This document shows positions 26,901-38,400 of a stretch of 64,000 bases of DNA, in pieces. Under the pieces are notes generated by a model. That model was not told the DNA's origin and did no database searches. It saw only the letters and a program-made list of their open reading frames with translations. The stretch covers positions 43,892-107,891 of the forward strand of contig NIVC01003269.1 in the NCBI GenBank assembly GCA_002269645.1, read 5' to 3'. This DNA comes from Macrostomum lignano. Taxonomy: Eukaryota. The translations under genes were made by a program, and so were the position numbers. Positions within the stretch are counted from its first letter, which is position 1, and every line of letters begins with the position of its first letter.

Positions 26901-27739
26901 CATTCATACTTGCGTTAATGCTAATTGGGCTTGCTTGTACACAGGCTCATGCGAGTCAGCCTTAGGTGATTATTAGGTCCGTTTTACGGTGATTTTAAGG
27001 TCTGTTTTTGGTTGATTCGTAGGTCTGTTTTTAGGTGATTCATAAGTCTGTTTTTGGGTGATTCGTAGGTCTGTTTTTAGGTGATTCATAAGTCTGTTTT
27101 TGGGTGATTCGTAGGTCTGTTTTTAGGTGATTCATAAGTCTGTTTTTGGGTGATTTATAGGCCTGTTTTTGGTGATTCATGGGTCTGTTTAAGGTGATTC
27201 AAAGGCCTGTTTGAGGTTATTCATAGGTCTGTTCTTCGGGTGATTCTTGTCTGTTTTTAGGTGATCTTAAAATCTGTTTAGGGTGATTTTAGGTCTGTTT
27301 TTGGTGATTCATAGGTCTTTTTTGGGTGATTCTTAGGTTAGGATCATACTCAATAGGCTTATAATTATTTTCAGTGCGACTCACGCAAACTCTGGCGCGA
27401 ATAATTCAGAGTCTCCCTGTGCGTCTCCAGCGCCAGCACCCGGTCCACAATAAACGGCAGGGTGCTGCTAAAGAACTGGCGCCGTTCATCCGGCCGCAGA
27501 GAGGTTTCTAAGAAACGGCCGAGACCGGCAAAGCAGGACGACCGACTCCTGCCGATGCCAACCGATGCCGCCATTAAGTCGCCGCCGCAGCCGCCGCCAA
27601 CAAAGCATGACTGCAACAGGTCCAGAGATCGCATCAGGGTGGAGGTTTTGCCATCATTATGACGCAATATCAATAATATTTTTCGCAAGTCTGGCCAATT
27701 CGGCAAGTCGACTGGCAGACGCAGCTGCTGTTGTTGCAT
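20981..27739 (-). CDS. PARG: Poly(ADP-ribose) glycohydrolase-like protein, 7 exons, divergent active site, ~400-aa insertion
   Basis: Exons 27739-27385, 26868-26724, 26045-25748, 24825-24523, 23880-22678, 22296-22126 and 21157-20981, all GT-AG and phase-compatible. PARG motifs: FFSSTLPFIVDRVLAL, EKLRCILAYF, LHVNFSSCLLGGSTLRTGVAQ|EEVNFCVHPEL, MRELNKAFVGF, VATGNWGC..GGDPQLKSLLQWMAAS, SVGRLW. The 5' start is uncertain. Confidence 0.9.
21295..21905. repeat. ~21-bp minisatellite (gatttcccatgcttagaaacg)n in PARG intron 6
   Basis: About 25 degenerate copies. Confidence 0.88.
22321..22652. repeat. 40-bp minisatellite in PARG intron 5
   Basis: actcaatgagcacagtgggtagagaagccattggtagaga x ~8, filling almost the whole intron. 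Confidence 0.92.
23975..24480. repeat. 40-45-bp minisatellite in PARG intron 4
   Basis: aaaccagtctcgaaaatagagaacagcaaggatgagacgggact units, ~12 copies. Confidence 0.9.
24880..25735. repeat. 34-bp grading to ~28-bp minisatellite in PARG intron 3
   Basis: agcaactgaggatctgggaaagtggcagtggcc units that change into agcaactgaggatctgggaggatggacc units. Confidence 0.9.
26111..26698. repeat. 31-bp minisatellite in PARG intron 2
   Basis: cactaatgaccattgtgaaacactgctcaca x ~19. Confidence 0.93.
26965..27345. repeat. Degenerate ~22-bp minisatellite in PARG intron 1
   Basis: Recurrent ggtgattcataggtctgttttt-like units. Confidence 0.8.
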
Positions 27740-27959
27740 AATAGATTTTTTACGTCGGCAAGAAGAGCTGCACACACGTTAAAGAAAGCGTGCTATACTG
27801 CTCTGACAGATGACCTGCGGATCTCCAGTAGCGAAAGGCATGAACGAAAGATTAATTGAAGTATATAACCGAGTATAGGCCTAAATGGGAGGCTGCTTTC
27901 ATATTTCCGAATTTTCATATGTACAACAGCACCTCTTATATGTACGACTCTTGATACCC

Positions 27960-28520
27960 CCCGACACTTCACATTTCCTACACTTTGCATTTCCGACATT
28001 TCACATCTCTGACACTTCACATTTCCGACATTTCATGTCTCCGACACTTCATATCTCCGACACTTCATGTCTCCGACACTTCATGTCTCCGACACTTCAT
28101 GTCTCCGACACTTCATGTCTCCGACACTTCATGTCTCCGACACTTCATGTCTCCGACACTTCATGTCTCCGACACTTCATATCTCCGACACTTCATATCT
28201 CCGACACTTCATGTCTCCGACACTTCATGTCTCCGACACTTCATGTCTCCGACACTTCATGTCTCCGACACTTCATATCTCCGACACTTCATATCTCCGA
28301 CACTTCATGTCTCCGACACTTCATGTCTCCGACACTTCATGTCTCCGACACTTCATGTCTCCGACACTTCATGTCTCCGACACTTCATGTCTCCGACACT
28401 TCATGTCTCCGACACTTCATGTCTCCGACACTTCACATTTCCGACACTTCATATCACCGAAACTTTACAATTCCGACACTTCAAATCACTGAATTTCCGA
28501 CACTTTACATTTTCGACAGA
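27960..28520. repeat. 16-bp minisatellite (tctccgacacttcatg)n between MIC13 and PARG
   Basis: About 30 copies; explains three overlapping repeat ORFs. Confidence 0.93.
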
Positions 28521-28940
28521 ACTCCGAAACTTCATATTGAAGTTCCGAGGGTGCGGACTACTAAAATGAAAAAAAACGAAACAAAAGCAAGGTGCCTAGC
28601 GCCAAGAACCGCTTTATATAATATATAGTCGATCTATTTACTATGTTATAGTAGGCAGTGCTTCTCGAACAGCATACTTCTTTGACAGTTTATAAAATGA
28701 GCAAAATTCTTAGGTTGGTTCAGCGGGCCAGATCCAGATTATATAATGTGAAACTGTGAAAGAGCTGAGATCCTGTAGGACTCATTTGCTCTGAAAAATC
28801 CCATTCCAACCAATTCAACATGTGCAATTGAAAGTGCAATTGTTTTTAAAAGTGCTTTACTTGCGCACTTTTATGCCGCTTTCAAAGAAGGATCTTATTA
28901 AACACATGTAAAATAGGCAGAACCCAATAGTCTCTGTTAT

Positions 28941-29255
28941 TTATTCCGATCGTTGAGAAACTAAAAGACCCCGACAAGCGTCGGTGAGGCTGGAGGGTGC
29001 CCGCGCCAGCCACGAGCAGGCGGCCGACACGCCGTCATTCCACTGTCCGGCCGCCTGGTCGACAAGCTGGCCGGCGCTGGGCACAGAATCCACCGCCGCG
29101 GCCGCCTCGGGCAGAATGTCCCGACGCAGTCTAGATGCGGCCGGATTCGGCACGCCGGGCTGCAGGCTCCAAACGCCGGCCGAGTGAGTGGCCCAGAGTG
29201 CGCCGCCGACAAGGCCGAGCTTGCTAGCTCGGATGAGCCACGTGATTAGGACTGC
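28941..29255 (-). CDS. MIC13: MICOS complex subunit MIC13/QIL1 homolog (lacks its own ATG; begins at a splice acceptor)
   Basis: AVLITWLIRASKLGLVGGALWATHSAGVWS...QWNDGVSAACSWLARAPS resembles human MIC13 (K-x-x-x-x-GGA N-terminal helix; WNAGIMTVMSALSVAPS). Acceptor cctgcttgcag lies immediately upstream, phase 0. Confidence 0.8.
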   Translation of the reverse strand, partial: AVLITWLIRASKLGLVGGALWATHSAGVWSLQPGVPNPAASRLRRDILPEAAAAVDSVPSAGQLVDQAAGQWNDGVSAACSWLARAPSSLTDACRGLLVSQRSE

Positions 29256-30344
29256 CTGCAAGCAGGATGGGTTAAGGTATCACTAAGTAATAGAAGATCA
29301 AGTACACAAGCACTTTACGAGTACGTAAGTACTTTTAGAGTACTTTTAGAGTACGCAAGTACTTTTTGAGTACAGACGTACTTGCAAGTACACACGTACT
29401 CGCAAGTCCACACGTACTCACAAGTACACACGTACTTCAAAGTAACACTAGAATTATTTTCAAGTACACAACTTTTTAAAGTACCTAAGTACTTTTATAG
29501 TATGACAGTACTTTAAAAATACGCTGATACTTTTACATTACAAGTGTATATCATAAGCCTAAATAAAATTCCTATCAATGTAAAGATAAAACTGGAGTCC
29601 TTTAAACTTCTTATTGTTGTAGCGACAGCGGCAGAATTCGCTAAAACGTGAACATCAACATAATTACACAAATTCCAAACCAAAACCAGCCTTAATTCGC
29701 TTCAATGCGATTTAGTTTAGCTTGCTAAACCGTTATATTATTGATAATTGGGGAGAGAAAAATTGAAGAAAAGAAAAGTGAAGAAAAATTGTTTTACAGT
29801 CAAGTCAATTCTTTTGGCGAAGCTAAGTGCAGTTTTCAAATTGGCAATGCAAACATGTTAAGAAGTAGGGCAGTCTCTGCACATGCAGGTTTTCGAGTAA
29901 CTTTAATCTATTATCTCTCGTAGTGTTGTCTGAAGCAACAAGCAAGATTAAGCAATAACTCGTACTATAAAACAAACATGTTGAATAATATACACCAAAA
30001 GCCAGAATAAATTTAGAATCGCGCTTGCACTAGGGGATGCCACACAATAGTTATTCAAATGAATTTTATTGGGAGAGCGTTGGGATGTTATTAAGCAATA
30101 AATTATCCTCAAAATAGAGTAGAAATAATTTAATTAAAAGACTTTGAATGGGTCATAGAACTAATGATATTACTTATTACTAGTGAGAAGTAGCATGCAA
30201 GTATAGACTGTATGGAGTTTATATAGCATAAAAATGATGCACACGAAAAATTAATTTAGATGCTTGATAAAATATGCGCTGTTTGTTGTAATGCGATGCA
30301 TACAAAAATCAAGACTGCTGCCTCACAGTTCTCTCCGTTGTGCC

Positions 30345-30712
30345 TTCTGTAACTTTGTAATTCCCCTTGTTTCTGCAGTACTCGTAATTCCCCTTGTTTC
30401 TGCAGTACTCGTAATTCCCCTTGTTCCTTCAGTAATTCCCCTTGTTTTGCAGTAATTATTCTTGTTTCTGAAGTAATTCCCCTTGTTTCTTCCGTAATTC
30501 TCTTTGTTTCTGCAGTAATTCCCCTTGTTTTTGCAGTAATTCCGGTTGTTTCTGCAGTAATTCTCCTTGTTTCTGCAGTAATTCCCCTCGTTTCTGCAGT
30601 AACTCCCTTTGTTTCTGCAGTAATTCCCCTTGTTTCTGCAGTAATTCCCCTCGTTTCTGCAGTAACTCCCCTTGTTTCTGCAGTAATTCCCCTTGTTTCT
30701 GCAGTAATTCCA
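30345..30712. repeat. 21-bp minisatellite (gtaattccccttgtttctgca)n
   Basis: About 16 copies downstream of the periphilin-like stop codon. Confidence 0.9.
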
Positions 30713-30783
30713 CGCTTCAACTTCACAAAAGCAGGGCTCATTGCCTGCCGTACACAGTAATAATAACAGCTAAAATAGTTGCG

Positions 30784-33557
30784 TCAGCCATCAGCTGAGC
30801 CAGACAGCTGACGATCATTAGCGCTATTGCTAGCCTGCGCGCTGGCAGCTTGAATACTTTGAATATAGTCGCGCAATTCGTCTACACTTTGATTTCCAAT
30901 GTCTCTCAGGGCGGCTTTTAACGCTAATTGAATGGGACCGTCCAGACTGGGGTCGTGGCGCAGCAGCATCTTCACTACGGTGGCGAATGTCTCACAATCC
31001 TTTCGATACATCGCTTCAATGTCGGCTTTCCGACGTCGAACCAGTTCAGCGGCGGTAGCTGTTGTCGCCTCCGGCTCAGGCAACGGCGAACGGGAACGAG
31101 ATCGAGCGTTTGCCGAGGGCGAAATAGGCGACGGCGGCGACTCTCGCCTATGCAGGGGAGCTGACGGCGGCACTGGACGATGTTTCGATCTGCGTTGCGG
31201 ATTGCGGAGGGGCAGGAGTTGGCTGGGGCCAGTGTACAGTGAGGGGCAGAAGTTGGCTGGGGCCAGTGTACAGTGAGGGGCAGGAGTTGGCTGAGACCAG
31301 TGTACAGTGAGGGGCAGAAGTTGGCTGGGGCCAGTGTACAGTGAGGGGCAGAAGTTGGCTGGGGCCAGTGTACAGTGAGGGGCAGGAGTTGGCTGGGGCC
31401 AGTGTACAGTGAGGGGCAGGAGTTGGCTGAGACCAGTGTACAGTGAGGGGCAGGAGTTGGCTGGGCCAGTGTACAGTGAGGGGCAGGAGTTGGCTGGGGC
31501 CAGTGTACAGTGAGGGGCAGGAGTTGGCTGAGACCAGTGTACAGTGAGGGGCAGGAGTTGGCTGAGACCAGTGTACAGTGAGGGGCAGGAGTTGGCTGGG
31601 GCCAGTGTACAGTGAGGGGCAGGAGTTGGCTGGGGCCAGTGTACAGTGAGGGGCAGGAGTTGGCTGAGACCAGTGTACAGTGAGGGGCAGGAGTTGGCTG
31701 GGGCCAGTGTACAGTGAGGGGCAGGAGTTGGCTGGGGCCAGTGTACAGTGAGGGGCAGGAGTTTCATAGATCTATGAAACGACTGACCTAGATTCGCTTC
31801 CGCCACCGGCACTGAGAACAGATCGCGAACGCGAAGAGTGCGAAGACTTTGGCGAAGCTGGCGGCGGCGACTCGTCCCGATGCTCGTCGCGCTGATAGCC
31901 GCTGTCGTAGTCGCCGCCTCCGGCGCGCCGCTGCCTGCCGGCGCCGCTGCCGAGTCGGTTCGCCAGGTTTGACGATAGCGAGTGAACAGCCGACGAATAG
32001 TTCGAGGAAGAAGGCGGCAAGACGCCGCGCTGTTCTAGGCGACGCCGAAGATTGGGATCGTTGCGCACACGTTCCCTAGCCGCCTGCAAGTCCTTGAACC
32101 AAACTATGCTATGCCGAGAGCCGAGAATATTGAAGCGACCGTCGCCGTAGCGTTTCAACAACTGGCAGGAATTGCGGTTTTGATGGAATTTTTTAATGAG
32201 TGAATAAAAGAACCGATTGAGAGAATTCAGAAGGAAAGGCAAGGACAACAAACACAAGTAGATGGACGGGATACTACGATGGGAGATCAGAAAAAGCATC
32301 GTATATACTAAAAATGAGTGATAGCTCTATCAATATTAGCATCTCTGCCGCTACATTAGCAGCAGATCAAAAGCTCGTCTTCTATCTTCAAAAGTTTCCA
32401 AGAAACGAGAATCTTCTATGTACTTTAGTAGTCCTTGGGAAAAAGACATTGCACGTATATAGTAACTATAGGGAAACCTGTCGGACTCTCGCGCCACGAC
32501 ACCCGGTTGGTTCGATTCGGTGCGCGGCCAGATTAATTTGAGACTTGTGTACAAAAATGATCAGGGGTTGCCGTGCGATTGACACTCATGAGGGCCAGCC
32601 CCCAAGCCACAGAGAGTGTACGTTTTCTGACGACTAAAGACTCAGTGCCACTTGATTATGGTGGCGAAGATGAGCTGCTATGGTGAGCTGCAATTTGAAT
32701 CTGCAGAGGCTGGAAACTCTGGCATTTACAACTTCGACCTAGAAGACGGATCCGTGCAAAAATTGTTTTGCAACACGGAGCATTGCTAAGATTTATCTGA
32801 CATAGCTTCTAGTGAAACTAACGTAAAAAAATATCATTCGTTTCCTCCGACACGTTCAAGGTGCTTTCGTTCATCTCCTTCAAATCTAAAAATTTGTTTG
32901 TCACAATTGGAAGTTTTGTTTATTTTAGGGTTTCAGCCTAGTGGTTAGACTTGAAGGTCGCGGGTTCGATTCCCGACCCCACTGGAACAATTTGTGACCT
33001 TGAGCAAGACACTTAACTCTGCATCGCTTCAGTTCACCCAGCTGTAAAATGGGTGCCAGCATTAGCTGGGGTAATTGAGGGTGTGTGGCGACCCCCCCAG
33101 TCCTTGGACTGAACAGCCGTACGCAGCCTTCAGATGCGCCGCGCAATAGCTGCGGCTGAGCTGTCGGTTGCACATCTGTCCATTAGGGGACAAGGTGAAA
33201 TTTATTTTTTGAAATTACGAATCGAGTTTTGAGACTATTTTGTCTCATTTGACTATTTTGTTTCAAAAAGACAACTTTTAAGCAGTTTTTAGGAGGCCGC
33301 AAAAATCAATAGAAAAGTACTAAATCACAAGGTTAGGTTTTGCGCACCTGATCAGCTTCCTCGTGCGAGTCGAAACGCAGCGCTACGTTCAGCACGCCTC
33401 GCTTATTGACCTGAAACACCAGGCTGCAGGCGTGGCCGCGATCGACAAAGTATCGACGAATATCGTCCGGTCGGACGTTTGGCCGAAAGCCGCGCAGGTA
33501 GAGAGTGTGCCTCGACGGCCGGACAAGCGCCGGGTCAATGTCCAGACCGCCGTCCAT
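30784..33557 (-). CDS. PPHLN1: RRM + periphilin-1 C-terminal domain protein (3 exons, 329 aa)
   Basis: Exons 33557-33348, 32161-31788 and 31189-30784 total 990 nt, GT-AG, in phase. N-terminus has an RRM pattern (TLYLRGFRPNVRPDDIRRYF...VALRFDSHEEADQ|LLKRYGDGRFNILGSRHSIVWF). C-terminus IEAMYRKDCETFATVVKMLLRHDPSLDGPIQLALKAALRDIGNQSVDELRDYI closely resembles human periphilin IEQVYRQDCETFGMVVKMLIEKDPSLEKSIQFAL...IGERCVEELKHFI. Confidence 0.88.
31207..31762. repeat. 34-bp minisatellite filling intron 2 of the periphilin-like gene
   Basis: ggggcaggagttggctggggccagtgtacagtga x ~16. Confidence 0.93.
32927..33205 (+). mobile_element. tRNA-derived SINE, copy 2 (intron 1 of the periphilin-like gene, antisense)
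   Basis: Same family as 10920-11200, with a ~15-bp deletion in the tRNA head; B-box ggttcgattcc. Confidence 0.82.
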
Positions 33558-34344
33558 TGCTGGCCTGGCTGCAAATAGCAATTGGTTTCCATGGTTATTG
33601 CCCCTACAGCTGGTGCAATTCTATATGATACTGATAACTATTATTCATAGCGGGGATTCACACTCATACTCCGAACATATATACCAGCTCTTGTAAAAAC
33701 TGTTCACTGTTTTTCACTGTAGCACTTGAAGGAGAGAGCAGACGAGAGCACAGACGTCTTATGGTGAAAGAAAGCTTGTAGAAGACACGGAGAATAACCC
33801 AAGACCACCATCGATGACGTCATGGCCCATGATCTGCAGCTATGTGGATTCCCTACAAGGACAACCTAGCCAGGTGCGGCAACCAGGTAACCAAAATACT
33901 CGCCTGATTTTGCATCGGCAAACATTTTTGGCTGTTCCCAAAAGTCAATTCCCGCATCGCCGATTGCAGGTGAAGACCCTCGTATAAAAGCTTTCTTTTA
34001 TAATTTTTGCGATTGAAATAAAACAAAAGATAATGACAGACAGTAGATAAATCAAACTAGCAGGTTTATTATGCATAATTGCAACAACTATCACACCAGA
34101 AAAAAAACAATACCTAGTACAAAAAGAGCGGACAACAAGTTTTCCAGGGAGCTTGTATAACTGTTTTATATAATTTACAGGCAAGCAATTAAACCAGAAT
34201 ATAAATATATATAAATGTCAAAATGATAACCAGAATACACCTCTAGTAGGTGAAGGTGATTTTTAAGATGGATGAGACTCTCACCATGAGAATCAATGTG
34301 GAAATTCTTAGATTTGTTGAGACTAATGGGCGATTCCCAGATTA

Positions 34345-34735
34345 GTTGTGACTCTCACGGGTGATTCTCAGATTGGGTCAGACTCTCACGAGTGATTCTC
34401 AGATTCGATCAGACTCTCACAAGTGATTCTCAGATTGGGTCAGACTCTCACGAGTGATTCTCAGATTGGGTCAGACTCTCACGAGTGATTCTCAGATTGG
34501 GTCGGACTCTCACGGGGTGATAATCAGATTGGGTCGGACTCTCACGGGGTGATTATCAGATTGGGTCAGACTCTCACGGGGGTGATTATCAGATTGGGTC
34601 AGGCTCTCACGGGGGTGATTATCAGATTGGGTCAGGCTCTCACGGGGTGATAATCAGATTGGGTCGGACTCTCACGGGGTGATTATCAGATTGGGTCAGA
34701 CTCTCACGAGTGATTCTCAGATTGGGTCAGACTCA
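34345..34735. repeat. ~31-bp minisatellite (cagattgggtcagactctcacgagtgattct)n
   Basis: About 12 copies immediately downstream of the TMEM199 stop. Confidence 0.9.
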
Positions 34736-34791
34736 AAGATGGCTCAGACTCTTAGCTATGGGCATCGCTGTGACGGTTAAGTAAACTCCTA

Positions 34792-35478
34792 TCAATCAGC
34801 TTTCTTCTTTCCAGACAAATAGTCCAGCTTAACAACAAAGTACAAATCGGCAAAGAACACAACGGCAGCCAGCAGCAAGCCTGCAGCCATTTTGTACACC
34901 AACGGGGCCGAACGCTCGCTGCTAGCCAATTCGCAGGCCTTGTAACCGAAAGCGAACGCCGCCCCAACTGTCAATAGAAAATTAACCACAGTAGCCAGCT
35001 GCCTGTTCACCATGCGCAACTGGCTGCCAAGACTGTCGTCAGCTTCATGGAATTGTCGATTACGATACGAACTGCCCAGCGGCGTCGAGCGAACATCGGC
35101 GGTCATTCGATCGTATTCGCGCTGCGCCTGCTCGGCTCGCAGTCGCTCCAGCCGGGCTGCCAGCTCCGGATTCGGAGGCCGATCAGGCGGCTTAGGCAGC
35201 AGCAATTCGCTGCCGACTAGCAGGCGCCACAGCGGAGGCGGCGGCGGCGACTGTTTGGCATTCGACGCCAGACAGTCGCGCACCGATTTAATCAGAGCGA
35301 AACTGACGCCGCAGCTGCTGGCTTCATTGTCGCTTTCGACACTATCTAGGATGCGTCTAATACTGCTGAGACAGTCTGCGGTCAGCTGGCCATCCGGTGC
35401 TGTGGCGGCATCGCGCAGGAAGGCCAGCAAAGCTGGAGTTAGCCGCACACAGACTGACTTGTCAATGAGTGCCGACAT
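34792..35478 (-). CDS. TMEM199: V-ATPase assembly factor TMEM199/VMA12 (228 aa, single coding exon)
   Basis: LLVGSELLLPKPPDRPPNPELAARLERLRAEQAQREYDRMT resembles human LLEGSEIYLP...RNPELVARLEKIK...EYKRIT. Two C-terminal TM helices (TVVNFLLTVGAAFAFGY; AAGLLLAAVVFFADLYFVV) and a KKxx ER-retrieval tail (KKKAD). Confidence 0.92.
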   Translation of the reverse strand: MSALIDKSVCVRLTPALLAFLRDAATAPDGQLTADCLSSIRRILDSVESDNEASSCGVSFALIKSVRDCLASNAKQSPPPPPLWRLLVGSELLLPKPPDRPPNPELAARLERLRAEQAQREYDRMTADVRSTPLGSSYRNRQFHEADDSLGSQLRMVNRQLATVVNFLLTVGAAFAFGYKACELASSERSAPLVYKMAAGLLLAAVVFFADLYFVVKLDYLSGKKKAD

Positions 35479-38400
35479 TTGCTGGGGAATAATTGTTATT
35501 GCAGGCTTGAAGTTGCATAGATTATAGGATGTTGGTTTTAGTGCTGTTTTTATCATGATGATCAATGATTAATCAGTGAGATTTTCTATACCTTTGGGGG
35601 TGATTGCCTCTAGCTTGCTTGGTGTAGGTCCTATGCTGTCTCTATTGATGTCTATCACTAGACACAAATACACTAAAAACTAGTGCATTATCAGAACTAC
35701 ATCCACAGCTACAGATATGCGCTCCCTTAGCTACAACTATGAAGATATATTAGCTTGTGATAGCTTTTTCCAAAGACTCTTATTTAGCTATATACTATAG
35801 GTCTATATACCAAGATAACAGATATCTAAAATAACTTGATGTGTCTGCAATTTAATATTTTTCTAACTTAGATAGTTGAGTTTGCTATTTAAATTATAAA
35901 TTTCCTGGTTGATAGCATTATAAAATATTATGACTGAACTAGATAAACACAAACTTTGGTGAATTTTTCAAACTAAAAATCCTAAATAGCTACTATACAT
36001 AGAAGTCTATGACTTCTGCAACCTTAACATTGGCTATAACTATATCTAAGATCCTATTGATGCAACACTAACATTTGCATTTGTAATCTAGATACTTAGG
36101 TCTAGGCATTCATTAGCCAAAGTGAAGCCCCATTTTTTAATTCAAAATTATTGGATGGTATATCTTATTTTTAGGCAAATTTTATGAAAATGGGGACTTA
36201 AGCAAAGGGCTATAGCCAAACATTTTAAAGTATAATATAATAGCCACAACCATTGCCATAACTCTTAGGGTGCAACATTGTTTTTTATATTGCATAGTGA
36301 TAGCGCAATATCAAATGAAGCACTTGATTAAAAATAATTATTGCACTATATGCAAAAAGAATTATTGCACTAGCTCAGAAAATTGTTGCATTAGCCACTT
36401 GCTATCTGTGGGATACTTGCTATCTAAGGGATGTTTGCTATATAGGTTTGCTTGCCATCTGGAAATGCTTGCTATTTGGAGGACATTTGGTATCTAGGAG
36501 ATGCTTTCTATTTAGAGGAATGCCTATTATTTTTGTGAAGGCTTTATTTTGTTTTGTCCTTATGTTACTTTAAGAAAAAAGGGATTTATAAGGAACATCT
36601 TTGTCTATGAAAATTTTACTTGAATAAGGTGATTTATAAAACAGAAGAAATTAGTTCTTAAGATAATGTGCTTTTTTATTTGATTTGTATAAATTATTTC
36701 AAGGTACTGAGAAGCTAGTGTTTGGATAGTATAGCATGGTACACTGGAAAAAATGCCTCTTGTTATGGTACCCCAATGGTATGCCACCTTTTTTGCAGTT
36801 GCAACAATAAGACCTTTTTGCAATTGCAACAATAAAGGACCTTATTGTACTAAGAAACTATCAAAGAAATATGTTTTTAATTTTGTGACAAAATATCATT
36901 TAAACTAAATCTTTTCTGTAATGTCTTACATGTTAAAATATTATTAACAATAAGATTTATGTAGATTAACCATTTTTTACATTTTATCCTCAAAAGTACT
37001 GTTAGTATTATATATAAAAATAGAATTTTAAAAAACTCTCATTGTTGTTAACATGTGCAAGCAGTTTTAAACACAAATTATTGTAGTTTGTGTGCCTAAA
37101 AATTCTTAAGCTTAAAGTGGTATGTCAAAAAATATTTGAGCTCAAAATGGTATACCAAAAAATTCTTGAGCTTAAAGTGGTATACCAAAATAGTATGCTA
37201 AAATAGCAAAACTCTTCAATAGTATACTAAAAAATGCTGGCTTACATGTAACCCTCTAGAATCTAGCTGAGAAGGCTTATTGAGGGAATTGCTTAGTTTT
37301 CTAGGTTTACTGAGGGAATTGCTAAGTTGTCTAGGTTTACTAAGGGAATTACTAAGATATTAAGGTTTATAAAGGGGAAGAATCACTAAGATGTTTTAGG
37401 TAAGAGATTAGAAGCTATATGTAGTTTATTTATTTTTTACTTTTTGAATAATTTTACTTGAATAAGCTGATTTATTAAACTAAAATAGGAATTCCTTTAA
37501 GAAAATATGTTTTCATTTCAAAGGATTCTCATAAACATTTGTTTTTTGCTTATTGGGCATCCCAAAGGGGTATTAGATTGCTATTAGGCACTATAATTTT
37601 AGATGATGATTGCTTTAAGTGTGAAATATGCAAGTATTTATACTTTATATATTTTTATATATTGACTTTCAATTTTGAGACAACTTTGCAAGTTTTATAA
37701 AAGTAAGTCTAGTAGCTTTTATTGACAATAAACTATTTTTCTTGATCTTCATTGATCTATTTCTAATTTAGCATTTGGTACAAAAGCATTAGGCCTAGGA
37801 TAAAAAACATGCTAAGTATTCCAAAAAACTATAAAACCAAGGTCTTTTATAAAATTTTTAAATTATAGCATATGGCCTAAATTAGCCTTATTCGTTCCAG
37901 TTGCTTATGATATGTTGCAATGGGTTAAACCAAATTTGTCAACATCTGGGTCATTCTCAAAGCTAGGTCACAACTTTTTGTTATTGAAAAAAAAGTTTGT
38001 ACATAGACCAATAATTGTACAAAAAATAATTGTTCTTTTGACAATTTCTATAAGTATCTGCTACTAAAACCACAAGAAAACTTAATTATGAGAAGAAATC
38101 AATTGATTTGTTAATCTTTGTTACAGAGGATAAATGACAAAAATATTTTTTAAAATTTCTATTAATTTTTTATTTAAAATATGCATTTTCATTTCTTTTG
38201 CAATAATAAAAGAACAAGAAATCGACAAAGGATATGTTTTTGAGCACAATATTTTGTTTCTCTGCTCTAAATCCCAGACATTTAAATTTATCATGTGCAA
38301 GAAATCAAAGTGTGAAATTATTTAGCATTCACTCAAATGGACTTTGATCAATTTAACTTACTCACTGAATTAAGAAGTCTTACGTCTTAAAAAGGTTGAA

